Positions 30,201 to 38,668 of a DNA stretch of 64,000 nucleotides are shown piece by piece. The stretch is from a virus, in IMG/VR virus record IMGVR_UViG_3300006919_000043, positions 13,727 to 77,726 of that record; one strand, written 5' to 3'. Every line of letters begins with the position of its first letter. Position 1 is the stretch's first letter. Under the pieces are notes generated by a model. The model was given only the letters and a program-made list of their open reading frames with translations, was not told where the DNA came from and did not search any database. The position numbers were made by a program, and so were the translations under genes.

Positions 30201-30555
30201 TTCCTAAATTAAATGTTTTTGCTGGTATGGATGAACCGTTTGCTCTTGCTGTTGCGTTAGCCTCCGCCGCCCTTTTCAAATCAATCAACTGAAAGTTTGT
30301 TCCATTCCTGTTGTCCTCTCCATTAGTTTGACCAGCAGTGCTGTCATTTGCTAAAGGTGTTCTAATCAAGAAATTAATACCCAACTGATTGGTTCCGTTC
30401 TTAGCGAATGTCATGTCGGTTGGATCTTCATACGCAGTATCGGGATAAGTGAAATGGAGGCTGAAATAACCACTGGCCGTAACACCATTGTCTGTTCCTA
30501 CTGCTGTCAATTCAGCCGGAAACTCCCGCTTCATGAAAGACAGTCTTTCGCCCAT
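21202..30555 (-). CDS. Giant (~3100-aa) tail tip/adhesin protein
   Basis: Repeated beta modules (GD.IY...IGTI.S...ITL...L..G..LY); hub-like C-terminus (NHVIVEG...IEPGEIIAV...F.VFE). Start 30555 has a GGTGA RBS. Confidence 0.75.
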   Translation of the reverse strand: MGERLSFMKREFPAELTAVGTDNGVTASGYFSLHFTYPDTAYEDPTDMTFAKNGTNQLGINFLIRTPLANDSTAGQTNGEDNRNGTNFQLIDLKRAAEANATARANGSSIPAKTFNLGTEEAARLIASHINSSRHRQIGQHSVSRYLRARYTKMSGNKQYGAYGSGIGNAPIKVWGAGLDVGQGVLQVSGNHVAGSTTTLTFNYGIGGYLSPNTSLYTLNNEYIGKIMEIQGGEIRFYEPIAVDLSNAQPVRGGLLRMLQIGTPNRRTFTGYNLNMPTDIPKRGTIRGNPNSPIQDDGGQPVSVYTLTYDGYEIDSETTISFNITKIETTTGVVGNVEHINIGSSQPVFLIDNETSEQHTVVVSWEQDTPTGGGYWGTANGGPIVQGLGVDLPVWHLTAKPMDGGNMGLPNVNADSRGAQPQTHSVGHGYSRFSIEGLNSCTMPDMPPPDMPFDGPNIMGSSEIDPYQWRGTNQADNAVINNDALYITDNEHGTELDTAGPFSTNCVVSANANITTGTSIPVLTPSTTIKAHFEDGDKIYNSDAVEIGTISSISEITPTGLRAVGPKNIDSSMNVGTHHYRTQGRTFNPNPSGNSHSVGDLSTIVADQEGGEANAVFNQGDEVRKDNDALIGTIPITNIVKRYAPGISNNGCLIYAESGNAIEPSSQQDINTIAVANTDPNLLFHEGERIYSTHTLYSTGVTVNSFNGSDTITVNTGFGTTDPTSAGQYGDRIKVGEPLYKVAGQTNILLGIVKSVNTTTIVLHSATNQGLANGQVLYTPAYIGTISEIQQTSYSRPLNAFMSQASMGLGAGTVVPQLSTTQLEFEPNTIMQDLRQIGVVPGAILETNTGTEVGTVSSVTKTRITLAEQNQIGLTIVPYQFGLRTRKTSQWTISLASNLSTSTHTYRMSGVENVNLRLTPGEPIYGESLTPQSLTFGDPANLENLTPGTNQTSLTKGMSLYKPTMDYENATSTLQSYTTEHATTNRHLVVKSSVGIKSIDNQTFGGDMELTDYVNRTVGNLGQLVDSQGKLYGVISGVLDERVVNGVTFSRLLFSSLVEDIPTDTLLFRATPTITLTQNVATTLRHGEMLFKGKETSKWKVAFEDGGVLDSRFSELRDGNADEHTEFTNMTTGDIDKHQALRQYSLKSGVLSTLTSTNGQPHLNAGYVHRPYRIVRDVNTEQIKGLQIPNEEMVFDSLPVVDDTGAQLILEGGSPFGTVIRDYNYKQSRIDPATKQETTLPSSPNSGIESNLQLRLPSQDEIPGNIIVYSGHDRVQAWRHLSWGMGGLSIPRPDKAGVIEAGLSPYSTIDEASQFDTNDMVLHFHPVRILHDTLTSKFGLDLNNTPGAKPSGTTRLFASHRLSDHVERGSVLDGNAGLAPYKLAHHRIRFGRQGHSFVTPMTVRGTPISMRRQLHRSSGSAYSLMFEAESENKHWGFQSANSNQGATSYYLDTLEVRGHSSNAGSFSADGLPHGEIKNNTLPRHHQYFGSAPKDNYDILFAPGQEHTNTEGAKEQQHFVQGVIGKELQNFGGYGNASHNAAVALDLATSRVVGNRHNAGEEFTLNGFIVSQYLLMGGRPQPSLQNFQKKESGGLQIRCTNTYYGHPAGWLQPRVGTELGTVPPLIAHDPDLVNASASPIPKRQVLASSSDFDRNAEHNDLALVKADGTNSGATPDAFLCTWLAEYSHPALFGTSREHYMTFRYRSAGMPKGINSPPLRGLMLRNANVEAGGNQQEGTPKVSMPFERLYAFQWLQNYGYNGLLAAGHGSVLGQRAAGAVLMGHDGINEAEGTLELRPHFSYYGYTRRKSRGEGIGDGLNPTKNILRSILDMDNSQNNDVWNEVTSVRNPMVAVDWSRRLPVRAFGFRSGSDALNMLAGKPNVDAVNQQKIQASGRFDGGIHDTMNKLPVGGDWQTSALNDGIHRTVPIGVVMSEHTNEAFDLQGYTRLSNDKWTPKERKVGMGRTLEIESLGMVSPKAMPAGIITAERTNKTDLTGANAKFLHAKVLNKGSDPISQATPKGNNLHINAHPTDNAQSSGDLIHYPANNWGRSLNMKDATGGTSAERGVMPIPLSEIADHRQVQSDLSPRLGMVVETNSERKDNKNEEYLVTSTKAVSLHSDLAVGQQFPLTPSYVTETVMSKNAGSSRTNASTFERTYGGPDGLGTNQRTSYPEWILNGKADLGSPTLSDTVSNFTEYIKDHWAVRGCGDLPPWGGVYILKREWLEYEENSNRVRSITPVGDISGALSNTGFNAPQSSATLQPVRKEAHYIMRMVRPLKVFGWSSRQQGGGIDLGQDGWLLGGFSTLSQTGNTHQPFTRDKRYGMFELNSNKTYGNIEPITASEDRSPVMTWPDGNNRNEVWHLIPSANMLQHFKSDAARRNQDGQLDTKIDARYSQSTHPGGGDIVSQTEVQTGLNYTNQFKRMRPYLRMANDEIAVRAQPDHTMTTLGSRTTIKVDAGNMLVVEDATGFPYSGSLVIIGLSGSLFYNSRDENHFFVYNSTGDCLSINDLSGREVIFGKNASITVKSTIANTYPSRHSLVVLPSFVDNAITMAGYEAEKWEATNTLNDTPISTALSYRALGHYEPSDFTMLTPQRFVLNDGNKEGSLSYIRKPGTGGLTTVYVDGKALSSNHFSPYLLDAARNRWRVSGAVDNTLKFRNLKENSLADSGISLDGYVRLAHYMSVGVRTSDAALMLLKDVEQTIAGADLLPYESVLSQKVVENALVTDLGGSMGGQSQEAYLNAHPSLYATVEHSSVFTDRDVNGVGLMEVLRTLSQFDDKQLVMDSNGIILYSNDAFVAKEKRLGTSSGPQNIEISAMLEMANHVIVEGERLAENEKVRSEIKDLEKIKQMGGTGNEEGVTRTSTNIVAGLTSNSVAKKMAKRIMNRSEQGASLIKVDGLVSASHIEPGEIIAVDFTNEGIKGLFAVFETTHDSTTGMTSMVIGQYEKGIEGLLADILSSLQTTSEKPTGEFSEQVSVSMSDTVRILSAQRILTRLVLNNRLLIGGRWRNTEQTSQLGAIGVKGGLTGVLKNGGINANTTPFIAVNGVDVRTRIKANDRVYLTDGQFVGVVAVDPVSVLQFTLTANNLVTIPDGAEFRVSSNRADPLGHSKSVFYEVR

Positions 30556-30559
30556 GTTA

Positions 30560-33500
30560 TCACCAAGTGTTCCTCGCATTATAGAGATTGGTGACTTGTT
30601 GTGATGTCATACCGTAATTCCACATAGCCATCTCACTAAGCACACCTTTCCAATATCTTGGGTCGTCATTACCATTACCTGTGGTTCCTTTATAGTAACC
30701 CGGAAATGATGTCGGGTGCAAAAGATCTATACCAACACAGTGCATGTATGAGGCTTTACCAAAAAGACCACTTGCTAACGCATTACCGACACCAATAGTT
30801 TGTGGCAAGTGCCTTCCACTATCCAACCCTAACGGTTCCGATAAAGTCCACGGTGCATCTGCTGGAATTGCGCCGTTAACATAAAGGATAGCCTGTGCTG
30901 ATGTCGGACTTCTTGTGATAACTATGTGTTGATATTCGTCTTTTGGTCTATCAGTTATTTCGGCTGATAGCCTAACAGTGGTGCCGTTAGTATGCGGTGT
31001 CATTACTATAACACGATAAGAAAATACCCCACTTGAAGAACCCTGCTTTGAAAGTATTGACACACCTAACCCTTTGTAATCGGTTGCCCCTGTGTTAATA
31101 AAACCGTGATACACCGGACCGTTACCCCATGCTTGATTAGACCAATTGCCAGTGTTACCCGGCTTGAAAAAGAAAGAAAAGGTATATTGTGATTCCGTAT
31201 TGTCAACCCATTCTCTTTGCATGGGCACTAAACTTGGCACTTGAACCGTGTTAGAATTATTATTCGTTACCAAGTCTTTGTCGTGCAAAGCAATTGCGAA
31301 TGCTGATGTGTGACCGTTGGATAACACCCCTTTACAACTCGGATCTGCTGTTGGTCCGGCCACTAATGCAACACTGTCGCTTCGATTGACATACACTTTA
31401 GAGCCATGAATTGTGTCTATGGCTAACTTCTTTCTTGCCTGTGGCTGTCCTAATTCCTCTTGGCTCATTGGCAAATACCAAACACATGTATTCCTTGCAT
31501 CTAATTTATTGGCGGCATCGGGCAAAGCCCCAGTGACAACTGTGTTCACTTGATGGTGCATCCCACGATATGTGTTGGAATTTACAGTATCTTCATTCTT
31601 CAACTCACTAAAGTCAAGCACTGCGGCTGATGTTTGCACACCTTCTAAGTTTTGGAAACCACTGTGCCCAGCCGGACCTTTAGAATAGTGGTGTGTATAG
31701 AAGTCGCTGTAATCATTATCGGTTCCGTCGCTAATGTCGAATGTTACGCCAGTGTGCCCACCACCAAAGAATAGAATACCATTAGCATCAACAAGTGGGT
31801 TCAATAGTTTGATAGGCACTTCTTTCAATGCCCCTGTGTTATCGTAAAACAAATCTTTCCACTTCTTGCCTAATGTTTTATCCAAAGGCTGTGTATTGAA
31901 CAAACCAATACAAGAACCAACTCCGGAAACTTTGCTGGGTGGGTTGTTTTGAACACCTGTAACTATACCATCAAACTCTCCTAAATATTCATTATCAACT
32001 AAAATCAACGCTTTACGCTCTCTTGTAATTTTTCCTTTGATTCTATACAATATATCCAGTGCTTTGCGCTCAACCATGAGAGTCGGTTGCGATTCGGGGT
32101 CATACAACGGCATTGGATTGCCATTTTCAAATTTCGGCAAAGCCACTGTATTGAAACTAAACTCTTGTCCTACACCTTCATAGGTGCGAAGATTGTTGTC
32201 GCTATCACTTACTGCCCCATGCACACCGCCTTGAAATGTGGTTATTGGTATATGCGTTTCTCCATCCATTCCTAACGGTAATGGCGCAGGGAATGAACCT
32301 GCTTGATAAGAACGGCTGTTGGTAGCCAATAGTCCACCATGCCCTACTGCTTGTATTGGCCTATATGGGTATGGGCTGTTGTTATTCAACCACACTGCAA
32401 AATTTCGCCCCGATGCACCCGGCACGGTGCTATGAATTACAATTGACAATCCTTCTTCACCATCCCTGCTTTCAACACCTTGTCCTAAGAATGCTCTCAA
32501 ATACCCCATGTGAGAGCCAGTGTCAACACTTGCTGGTGCGTCATGATTACCTTTTGCGTTAGTGAACAATGGCGGTGGGTCGAATGCACTACCGCCCTGT
32601 AAATTCTTTGCGTTAGGATGTCCGGCTTGGTTTATGCGCCTTATCAATTCATTAACAGCATCTTCAAACTTGCTTACCGTTCCAGCACTTGCTACATCAC
32701 CTAATTTAATCTTCATTGGCCTAACCCAATCAAGACTAATGCCGTCGCTTCTTTTACCTTTTAATGACAAATAACCACTGCGGCATTCAACGGGCGGAAC
32801 CAATGGTTTGGTATCTTGCGAATATAGATAATGTCCGGGGTCGAAGGCGAAACCCTCCATATTCGGACCATCATATATTAATACGGTATTTGGGTCATTG
32901 GGATCGAGATGTATTCCGCTTCTATCCACCACACCGTTTGTTGTTGTTTTACCAAGTGCAAATGTTTTTTCTAACGGTCCAATAAAAGACTGTGCTACGG
33001 TGCTTTCCGTGCTGTTCGCACCTACTGGACCAGCGTTTAGTGCGCTAAAAGTGCCTTCAAGCAAAGTGTTAGTATTAGGAATAACATAATTAAGTGGCGG
33101 AAAACCTACTCCAATACCACCTGCGTTAGTCAACCAACTACCCATAACAACAGGCAATCCAGCCGTAATAATACTCTTCAACCCAGCATAATTTAAGTTA
33201 TCATCATCAAAGTCTTGGTATGCGTTAAAGTATAATCTGCTTTCGGTGCCGACTGTTAGTGCTTGATGTATGTGTAATCGTATGCCTTTTTCACTGATGA
33301 TGCCCTCCCCTACGGTTACTACAAAACCCGTATTGTCAAATGGTTCTGTTGCTAAGGGGGCAGTGACATAATTCCCACTGGTAGTGCCGTCAAATCCACC
33401 TTCTCCATGCAAATTGCCTTGTATGAAAGGTAAGATTGAGTCAACTAAAAGGTATGTGCCAAAGTGCGAAAAGTCGGCATTGTTGTTACCTCCACCAAGC

Positions 33501-35887
33501 ACAACTTGTGTGTCGCTGGCCGCACCACTGTATGATGCGGCACGGGTGAAAGTGGATGATGATTCACGCATGGCTCTTATCCAAAAACCACTTACAACTT
33601 CATTGATGGTTAATGCTTGGACTTTATTTTTAGCCCCCCAATCAATAGCGTTTCGGCTTTCATAGTCTTTCATCTGTGGTCTATTCATAGCCGTCATTGT
33701 GGCATCCAACACCAATTCCATAGATCTGTTAGCGGGTAATGGTGAACGCTTTTTAGTGCTGGTCGCTAAACGCTGTTCAACATCGAAAAACATTGATGGG
33801 AATAGTGGCAACTCAACTAAAGCACGGGTGGATGCGTAATAGGTTGATGTTTGCTTATCATTTCGCACCGATGGGTTATCCGCACCAATCACCTTATCTT
33901 TCCATACAGGCAAGAAAGAATGCTCGGTTCTATCGGGCTTGATGTCAATACCACCTTGCCCTAACCCAGCCATCGTTAGGCTCACTGACGGTGAACCCAA
34001 ATCACCTATCTCCTTGATAGCATACCCATCAGTCAATCCAAAATCTCTTTCGGCTATTCTATCTGTTATGTCCATCAATTGTGATTTACCACGAATTAAT
34101 ACACCACCAGTGTTAGACTCACTGTTTGGTGCTATTTCCTCAACACGCCCTTTCATTGTAAGCAACTTGACTTGACATACATGTGGACTATCGCTATTTT
34201 GTGTAGTGGAAAGCGATTTGAGAATACCACTTCGTTTGCGGTTCTTGGGGTGTATTAATAATAAATTCAAATCATTATCTTTAACATTGTCAATGATGTC
34301 AAATTGTTCAAAGGCTACTGCTCTTACGGATGTTCGGGTTCTATTTATGGGTTGAACAGGGTGATTGCCGTCAACATTACCCGTTGCGGCTGGCACTTTT
34401 TCTTTCTTAGGTGAAAGAACGGACAGTGTATGATATGACGATTCACTTTTCTTTACCGGACTAATGGTATTTGCTATCGCTTTCGGTCGCCCGTATGCAC
34501 TAAACTTAGGATTCAGTTTTACATCTCTTTGGTTTTGAAAGAAAAAACTGTCGTAAATAATTGTGTGAGGGCAATTAGATATGTCAATGAATGGAGAAAG
34601 TGTTTGGTCGCCTGTTGGGTTGACCCTCATAACATGGTCTTGAGGGGGCTTGTTGAAATTTGCGGAGGGTAACGATATAAGCCCACCGGGTGCTTCGATG
34701 CGAAGAATATCGGGCAACGGTATTGTTGATTCAGGATCGGTTGGGTCGCCCCCGTCTGCGATAAAACGGGCATCTGTGAACGGTCGTTTCAACCAATCAG
34801 CAAGTGTTCTATTGCGGATTGCTTGTGTTGAAGTATCTGTAAAAACAGTGTTTGAGTCCGGCACTGTCTTTTCGACAATCAACCAAGATGGTCTTTTCTT
34901 GTAAAAACGCTGTGAAGAATTGATACTTACGATGTCATTATGAGCATTTTGAAACTGTGTCCATATTGTTGGGTCAACAATTGTTAGCCAATCCGGTGCA
35001 TCTTTGTATGCGGCCATCACTTCACCGGTCAAATCTATGGCATTGTAGTGAACCTCAACCACTTTTGGCAAACCGCCTCCAAATTGACATTCATCGGGAA
35101 TAAATATTTTGGCGATTCTTGACTTCTTTTCGGGTGTCAAGTGTCGTATGTATTCTTGGTTTGTGGGTTTTGTTGGGTCGTTTGTGTCAAACAACGCAGT
35201 GTGTTCTGTGTCAAGACCCTTTAACAAAAACGGCCTTATGTCCTCAACAGCGATTGCCAAAATCGAATCAGCAGTGCTTGAAGGATAACTACCGGTTTGG
35301 TCGGTAAGTCCTTGACCACCCTGCACAATTATTGATGAAGCATTCTGTCCATTGAGGCTTTCATAACTTGATACAATACTTTCAGTAATCACATCTAAAG
35401 CCTCTCCTTGATATACTGTTTCAGTAACATTGATTTTATCGTTTAATGAAACAACACTACCAATAGAAGCATCTTCATAGGTTGACTCAAATCTATCAGC
35501 AATACCTTGAACCGTGCGTGTAACCACTTCTTTGTTAGGCTGGGGTAATTGTGCTAAGAAAAAGTGCCCTTCGACCTTATTGTATGTGGTGAAACCACAT
35601 TGTCCGGCAAAATCGCTAACTGGTTCGGGTAATGTCGTAGCCATACTAAAAGCCGAACCTTCACCAGCCCGCCTTTGTTGGTTGCCCCCATCAACTCCAC
35701 CCCAATTCAAACCTTGACCCGGTCGTGGTTCTTCGGGTCTTTCGGGTTCTTCGGGTGGTCTTTCGGGTTCTTCGGGTGGCCTTTCCGGTTCTTCTTCTCT
35801 CGGCCTTTCCGGTTCTTCTTCGGGCGGTCTTTCCGGTTCTTCTTCTCTTGGCCTTTCCGGATCTTCTTCATGCTCATGCTCGGACAT
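30560..35887 (-). CDS. Large tail protein with N-terminal PEEPER repeats and C-terminal LamG/ConA-like domain
   Basis: YTFSFFFKP...YQHIVITR...LYVNG...WKGVLSEMAMWN...VTNLYN. Confidence 0.75.
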   Translation of the reverse strand: MSEHEHEEDPERPREEEPERPPEEEPERPREEEPERPPEEPERPPEEPERPEEPRPGQGLNWGGVDGGNQQRRAGEGSAFSMATTLPEPVSDFAGQCGFTTYNKVEGHFFLAQLPQPNKEVVTRTVQGIADRFESTYEDASIGSVVSLNDKINVTETVYQGEALDVITESIVSSYESLNGQNASSIIVQGGQGLTDQTGSYPSSTADSILAIAVEDIRPFLLKGLDTEHTALFDTNDPTKPTNQEYIRHLTPEKKSRIAKIFIPDECQFGGGLPKVVEVHYNAIDLTGEVMAAYKDAPDWLTIVDPTIWTQFQNAHNDIVSINSSQRFYKKRPSWLIVEKTVPDSNTVFTDTSTQAIRNRTLADWLKRPFTDARFIADGGDPTDPESTIPLPDILRIEAPGGLISLPSANFNKPPQDHVMRVNPTGDQTLSPFIDISNCPHTIIYDSFFFQNQRDVKLNPKFSAYGRPKAIANTISPVKKSESSYHTLSVLSPKKEKVPAATGNVDGNHPVQPINRTRTSVRAVAFEQFDIIDNVKDNDLNLLLIHPKNRKRSGILKSLSTTQNSDSPHVCQVKLLTMKGRVEEIAPNSESNTGGVLIRGKSQLMDITDRIAERDFGLTDGYAIKEIGDLGSPSVSLTMAGLGQGGIDIKPDRTEHSFLPVWKDKVIGADNPSVRNDKQTSTYYASTRALVELPLFPSMFFDVEQRLATSTKKRSPLPANRSMELVLDATMTAMNRPQMKDYESRNAIDWGAKNKVQALTINEVVSGFWIRAMRESSSTFTRAASYSGAASDTQVVLGGGNNNADFSHFGTYLLVDSILPFIQGNLHGEGGFDGTTSGNYVTAPLATEPFDNTGFVVTVGEGIISEKGIRLHIHQALTVGTESRLYFNAYQDFDDDNLNYAGLKSIITAGLPVVMGSWLTNAGGIGVGFPPLNYVIPNTNTLLEGTFSALNAGPVGANSTESTVAQSFIGPLEKTFALGKTTTNGVVDRSGIHLDPNDPNTVLIYDGPNMEGFAFDPGHYLYSQDTKPLVPPVECRSGYLSLKGKRSDGISLDWVRPMKIKLGDVASAGTVSKFEDAVNELIRRINQAGHPNAKNLQGGSAFDPPPLFTNAKGNHDAPASVDTGSHMGYLRAFLGQGVESRDGEEGLSIVIHSTVPGASGRNFAVWLNNNSPYPYRPIQAVGHGGLLATNSRSYQAGSFPAPLPLGMDGETHIPITTFQGGVHGAVSDSDNNLRTYEGVGQEFSFNTVALPKFENGNPMPLYDPESQPTLMVERKALDILYRIKGKITRERKALILVDNEYLGEFDGIVTGVQNNPPSKVSGVGSCIGLFNTQPLDKTLGKKWKDLFYDNTGALKEVPIKLLNPLVDANGILFFGGGHTGVTFDISDGTDNDYSDFYTHHYSKGPAGHSGFQNLEGVQTSAAVLDFSELKNEDTVNSNTYRGMHHQVNTVVTGALPDAANKLDARNTCVWYLPMSQEELGQPQARKKLAIDTIHGSKVYVNRSDSVALVAGPTADPSCKGVLSNGHTSAFAIALHDKDLVTNNNSNTVQVPSLVPMQREWVDNTESQYTFSFFFKPGNTGNWSNQAWGNGPVYHGFINTGATDYKGLGVSILSKQGSSSGVFSYRVIVMTPHTNGTTVRLSAEITDRPKDEYQHIVITRSPTSAQAILYVNGAIPADAPWTLSEPLGLDSGRHLPQTIGVGNALASGLFGKASYMHCVGIDLLHPTSFPGYYKGTTGNGNDDPRYWKGVLSEMAMWNYGMTSQQVTNLYNARNTW
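35726..35870 (-). repeat. Coding tandem repeat (18-24-nt units) encoding (P/R)EE(E)PERP
   Basis: About 7 degenerate units, e.g. TTCTTCGGGTGGTCTTTCGGG. Confidence 0.9.
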
Positions 35888-38664
35888 CAAATCCCCCACT
35901 TATCTTCAATGTATTGTCTTACATCTGCTATCTCAACATTAGTCAATTCCTTTTTGTAAAACAAAATTTCATGAATTAAAAAGCCACTTGGGGCAGTGCC
36001 TTGAAAGCCAAATTCTCCCCTTCCCCTGCTGGCAATAGAACCAAATAAGTTTATTCCAGCATTAAATACTTCGGAGAATGATTGAGGGTTTCCTGTCGGC
36101 CAATTGCCTTGCGGATCTTCTAAAACAGGGTGAAACTTAAATTTACTTTGACCGGGATTGCCAGCAAAAAAAGCATTAAAAACTGCCGGATTACCACCTG
36201 CTTCGGTATAAAAACGCCATTCACCGGAAAGATTTGTTTGTTGTGGATTACACCGAATAGCGACCATTGTTGGTGTTCCGGCTACTGGTGTTCCAGCCGA
36301 TGGTAATGCAACCGGACCGAAACCATCAGTCGTCAAGTCCGGACCTGCGTTAGCGTTAGGAAATCCAGCGTTTATTTGCTGGGTTCTCGCACTCAAATCG
36401 GGCGTTGTGGAATTATGGAGATTTGACGGTGTTTGGTCGCTGTAAGGCGATGGTGTTATGACAAAAATGAATGTGTATTCACCGTTGGTGTGATTTACTT
36501 CATGGTGAAATGCACTAAACTGTTGCTTTCCTTGAGGCACTAACGCAGGGAGGCTTGGAATATAGCCATAATAGCCATTTGGATTATTGGGATCGAACGG
36601 TGTCATACCAAATCTGCTACCAAACTTGTTTATCCAACCACTAAGCGCACCTGCACCCCTTCTAATTCTCGGTGGGATCCACATTAATGGGTTTTCATCG
36701 GGTTGTAGTGGTGGATTTTCTTCGGAAAATTCATCCGCCCATGCTGAAAGCATCTCATTACTGTGTAAAAAAGGCACATTAGGTTGTCCGTTTTGATTAC
36801 TGGTGTAATCGCTTAACGCCGCCGCTTTGAGCGAACCCAATCCGTTAGTGGAGGGGTTGTTAGGCACAAAGATCCACGGAAACATAAACATTGGACCGGA
36901 ATAGAACACTACTTCGGGGTGAAGCGTTGATTTGCTTTTCCACCATGATACTTCATTTACTTGCTTTAGAACAGTTTGACCTTGAGCGTCAAACATATAT
37001 CGTGGGTCATTACCGTCTAACCAAAGAATCAACTCATCCATAAAAGGTGCGGTGACATCGGCAGGGTTGAATATACCAGTCTGTGCTGTCGGGGTTGTCC
37101 TATTTGCTTCCGTGTTTCGTGATGTTTTACTGACCCAATACGCATCGTTTCCAAAGCCCGACTTATCAGTAAAGAATTGACCTTGAGTAAATCTCGCTCT
37201 TGTCATTTGGCCTTTCTTTCTCAACTTACCACCGTTGTCAATAATCAAATCGCCATTACCTAATGTGAACCAAACAAGTGTGTTATCGGTATGCTCAAAC
37301 AAGAAGCCTTGAGTATGAGGTTCAGCATCGGTATCAGCATCACGCAATATACTGTTTTGCACAATTACCAATCCATTAAGAAAATCCAGTGCTACGATTC
37401 TCACCCTTTCGATAGGATTTCCTATTGGCTCTAACGATATTCCACCATCGGTATCATCATCAATAGGGTTGTAAGAATATGAAGTGAAGGGCAAACCGGT
37501 GATAGGGTCGGTGCCCGATGTGTTGACTATTGCATTTAGGTTGGTCACTGGCAAACCATCTGTATGATAAGTGGCCTTTGTCACAATGGTGCCGATGTCT
37601 AAAATTTTACTGTTCCACCAAGTTTGAAGCGGCAATTCTTCGACGGGTATTTTCAACAAGTAAGATGCAATCAATTCTAAAGCGGTGGCTTTGCCGGAAA
37701 AATGATTTCTTATTTTGAATGTTCCATAGTCCATACCTGTGGCTAAAGATATGGGGTTGGTTATCGGCTGTGTTACTGATATATTGGTGAAGTCGTAAGC
37801 CACGCATACCATCGGTATTGGCATATTGCTATCCTCATCACCTGCCCCATCAACAAGTGGTGTGCTAAAAGCCGGTGCTTTGTTATTGTAAAAATACAAG
37901 TCCGGAACATCAATTTCATCTTCAAAATCCCATAGTCCTATCGTATCTTGTGTTTTAGTAAATGGTTGTAAATTCGGTGCAACAATACCCCTGCTAATAC
38001 GGACACTTTCAATAATTCCTCTATACTGTCCTCCTGTTCCACCAATGTAAAGATCTGATGAGAAAGACTGTGTGGTTCGTGTTTCTCCGCCAAAATCCAA
38101 TTCACCAAACAACTCACCGTTGACAAATACTCTTAGCCCATCCCCTGTAAATTGAGCATTGATGTAATACATTGGGTTTTCACTTAAAGCCAAATCATGG
38201 GGCATAGTGCCCCCATTGTTGTAACCGACTACACTATATTGGTCTGTTCTTGGCGACCAAAGGTGCGGAATTGTTAATGTTTCAGTGACTTCATTATTCC
38301 CAGCGTTTCGTGTCAAAACACTGAAAATAAGATTATCGCTTTGTCGTATGCTACCGAATTTCAGTGTATAGCAACCCTCTTTATGCACTATGACACCACC
38401 ACTATCGGGTATAACATAGGCTTCTATGGTAAATGCACCAATCAAATTGTTTAGCGGATTACCTTCGTTTGGTATGTGTCTTTGTCCTATCTTTGGCTCA
38501 TCGCTGTTATACGAAGTAACCTTGTTAGTCAAGCCCTTTTTTTCCGGATGGCGACTTGAAAATAAATCAACACCGGTTTCTCTAAATGACCCAGTGGGAA
38601 CCACTATACCATCGGTATAACCGTTTAGCCTAACGGCCTGTGTTTTTACCTTCTCCACCGCCAT
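35887..38664 (-). CDS. Tail protein with two LamG/ConA-like domains
   Basis: FTIEAYV...VFVNG...LYIGG...YRGIIESVRIS...GLWDFE; second domain LWLDGND...IHEILFY...YIEDKWG. Confidence 0.8.
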   Translation of the reverse strand: MAVEKVKTQAVRLNGYTDGIVVPTGSFRETGVDLFSSRHPEKKGLTNKVTSYNSDEPKIGQRHIPNEGNPLNNLIGAFTIEAYVIPDSGGVIVHKEGCYTLKFGSIRQSDNLIFSVLTRNAGNNEVTETLTIPHLWSPRTDQYSVVGYNNGGTMPHDLALSENPMYYINAQFTGDGLRVFVNGELFGELDFGGETRTTQSFSSDLYIGGTGGQYRGIIESVRISRGIVAPNLQPFTKTQDTIGLWDFEDEIDVPDLYFYNNKAPAFSTPLVDGAGDEDSNMPIPMVCVAYDFTNISVTQPITNPISLATGMDYGTFKIRNHFSGKATALELIASYLLKIPVEELPLQTWWNSKILDIGTIVTKATYHTDGLPVTNLNAIVNTSGTDPITGLPFTSYSYNPIDDDTDGGISLEPIGNPIERVRIVALDFLNGLVIVQNSILRDADTDAEPHTQGFLFEHTDNTLVWFTLGNGDLIIDNGGKLRKKGQMTRARFTQGQFFTDKSGFGNDAYWVSKTSRNTEANRTTPTAQTGIFNPADVTAPFMDELILWLDGNDPRYMFDAQGQTVLKQVNEVSWWKSKSTLHPEVVFYSGPMFMFPWIFVPNNPSTNGLGSLKAAALSDYTSNQNGQPNVPFLHSNEMLSAWADEFSEENPPLQPDENPLMWIPPRIRRGAGALSGWINKFGSRFGMTPFDPNNPNGYYGYIPSLPALVPQGKQQFSAFHHEVNHTNGEYTFIFVITPSPYSDQTPSNLHNSTTPDLSARTQQINAGFPNANAGPDLTTDGFGPVALPSAGTPVAGTPTMVAIRCNPQQTNLSGEWRFYTEAGGNPAVFNAFFAGNPGQSKFKFHPVLEDPQGNWPTGNPQSFSEVFNAGINLFGSIASRGRGEFGFQGTAPSGFLIHEILFYKKELTNVEIADVRQYIEDKWGI

Positions 38665-38668
38665 ATCA

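Noticed and set aside
35726-35870. Possible CRISPR or non-coding repeat; antisense ORFs 35675-35959 and 35725-35979
   Set aside because: Unit lengths are multiples of 3 inside a long CDS; the antisense ORFs are shadows of the repeat.
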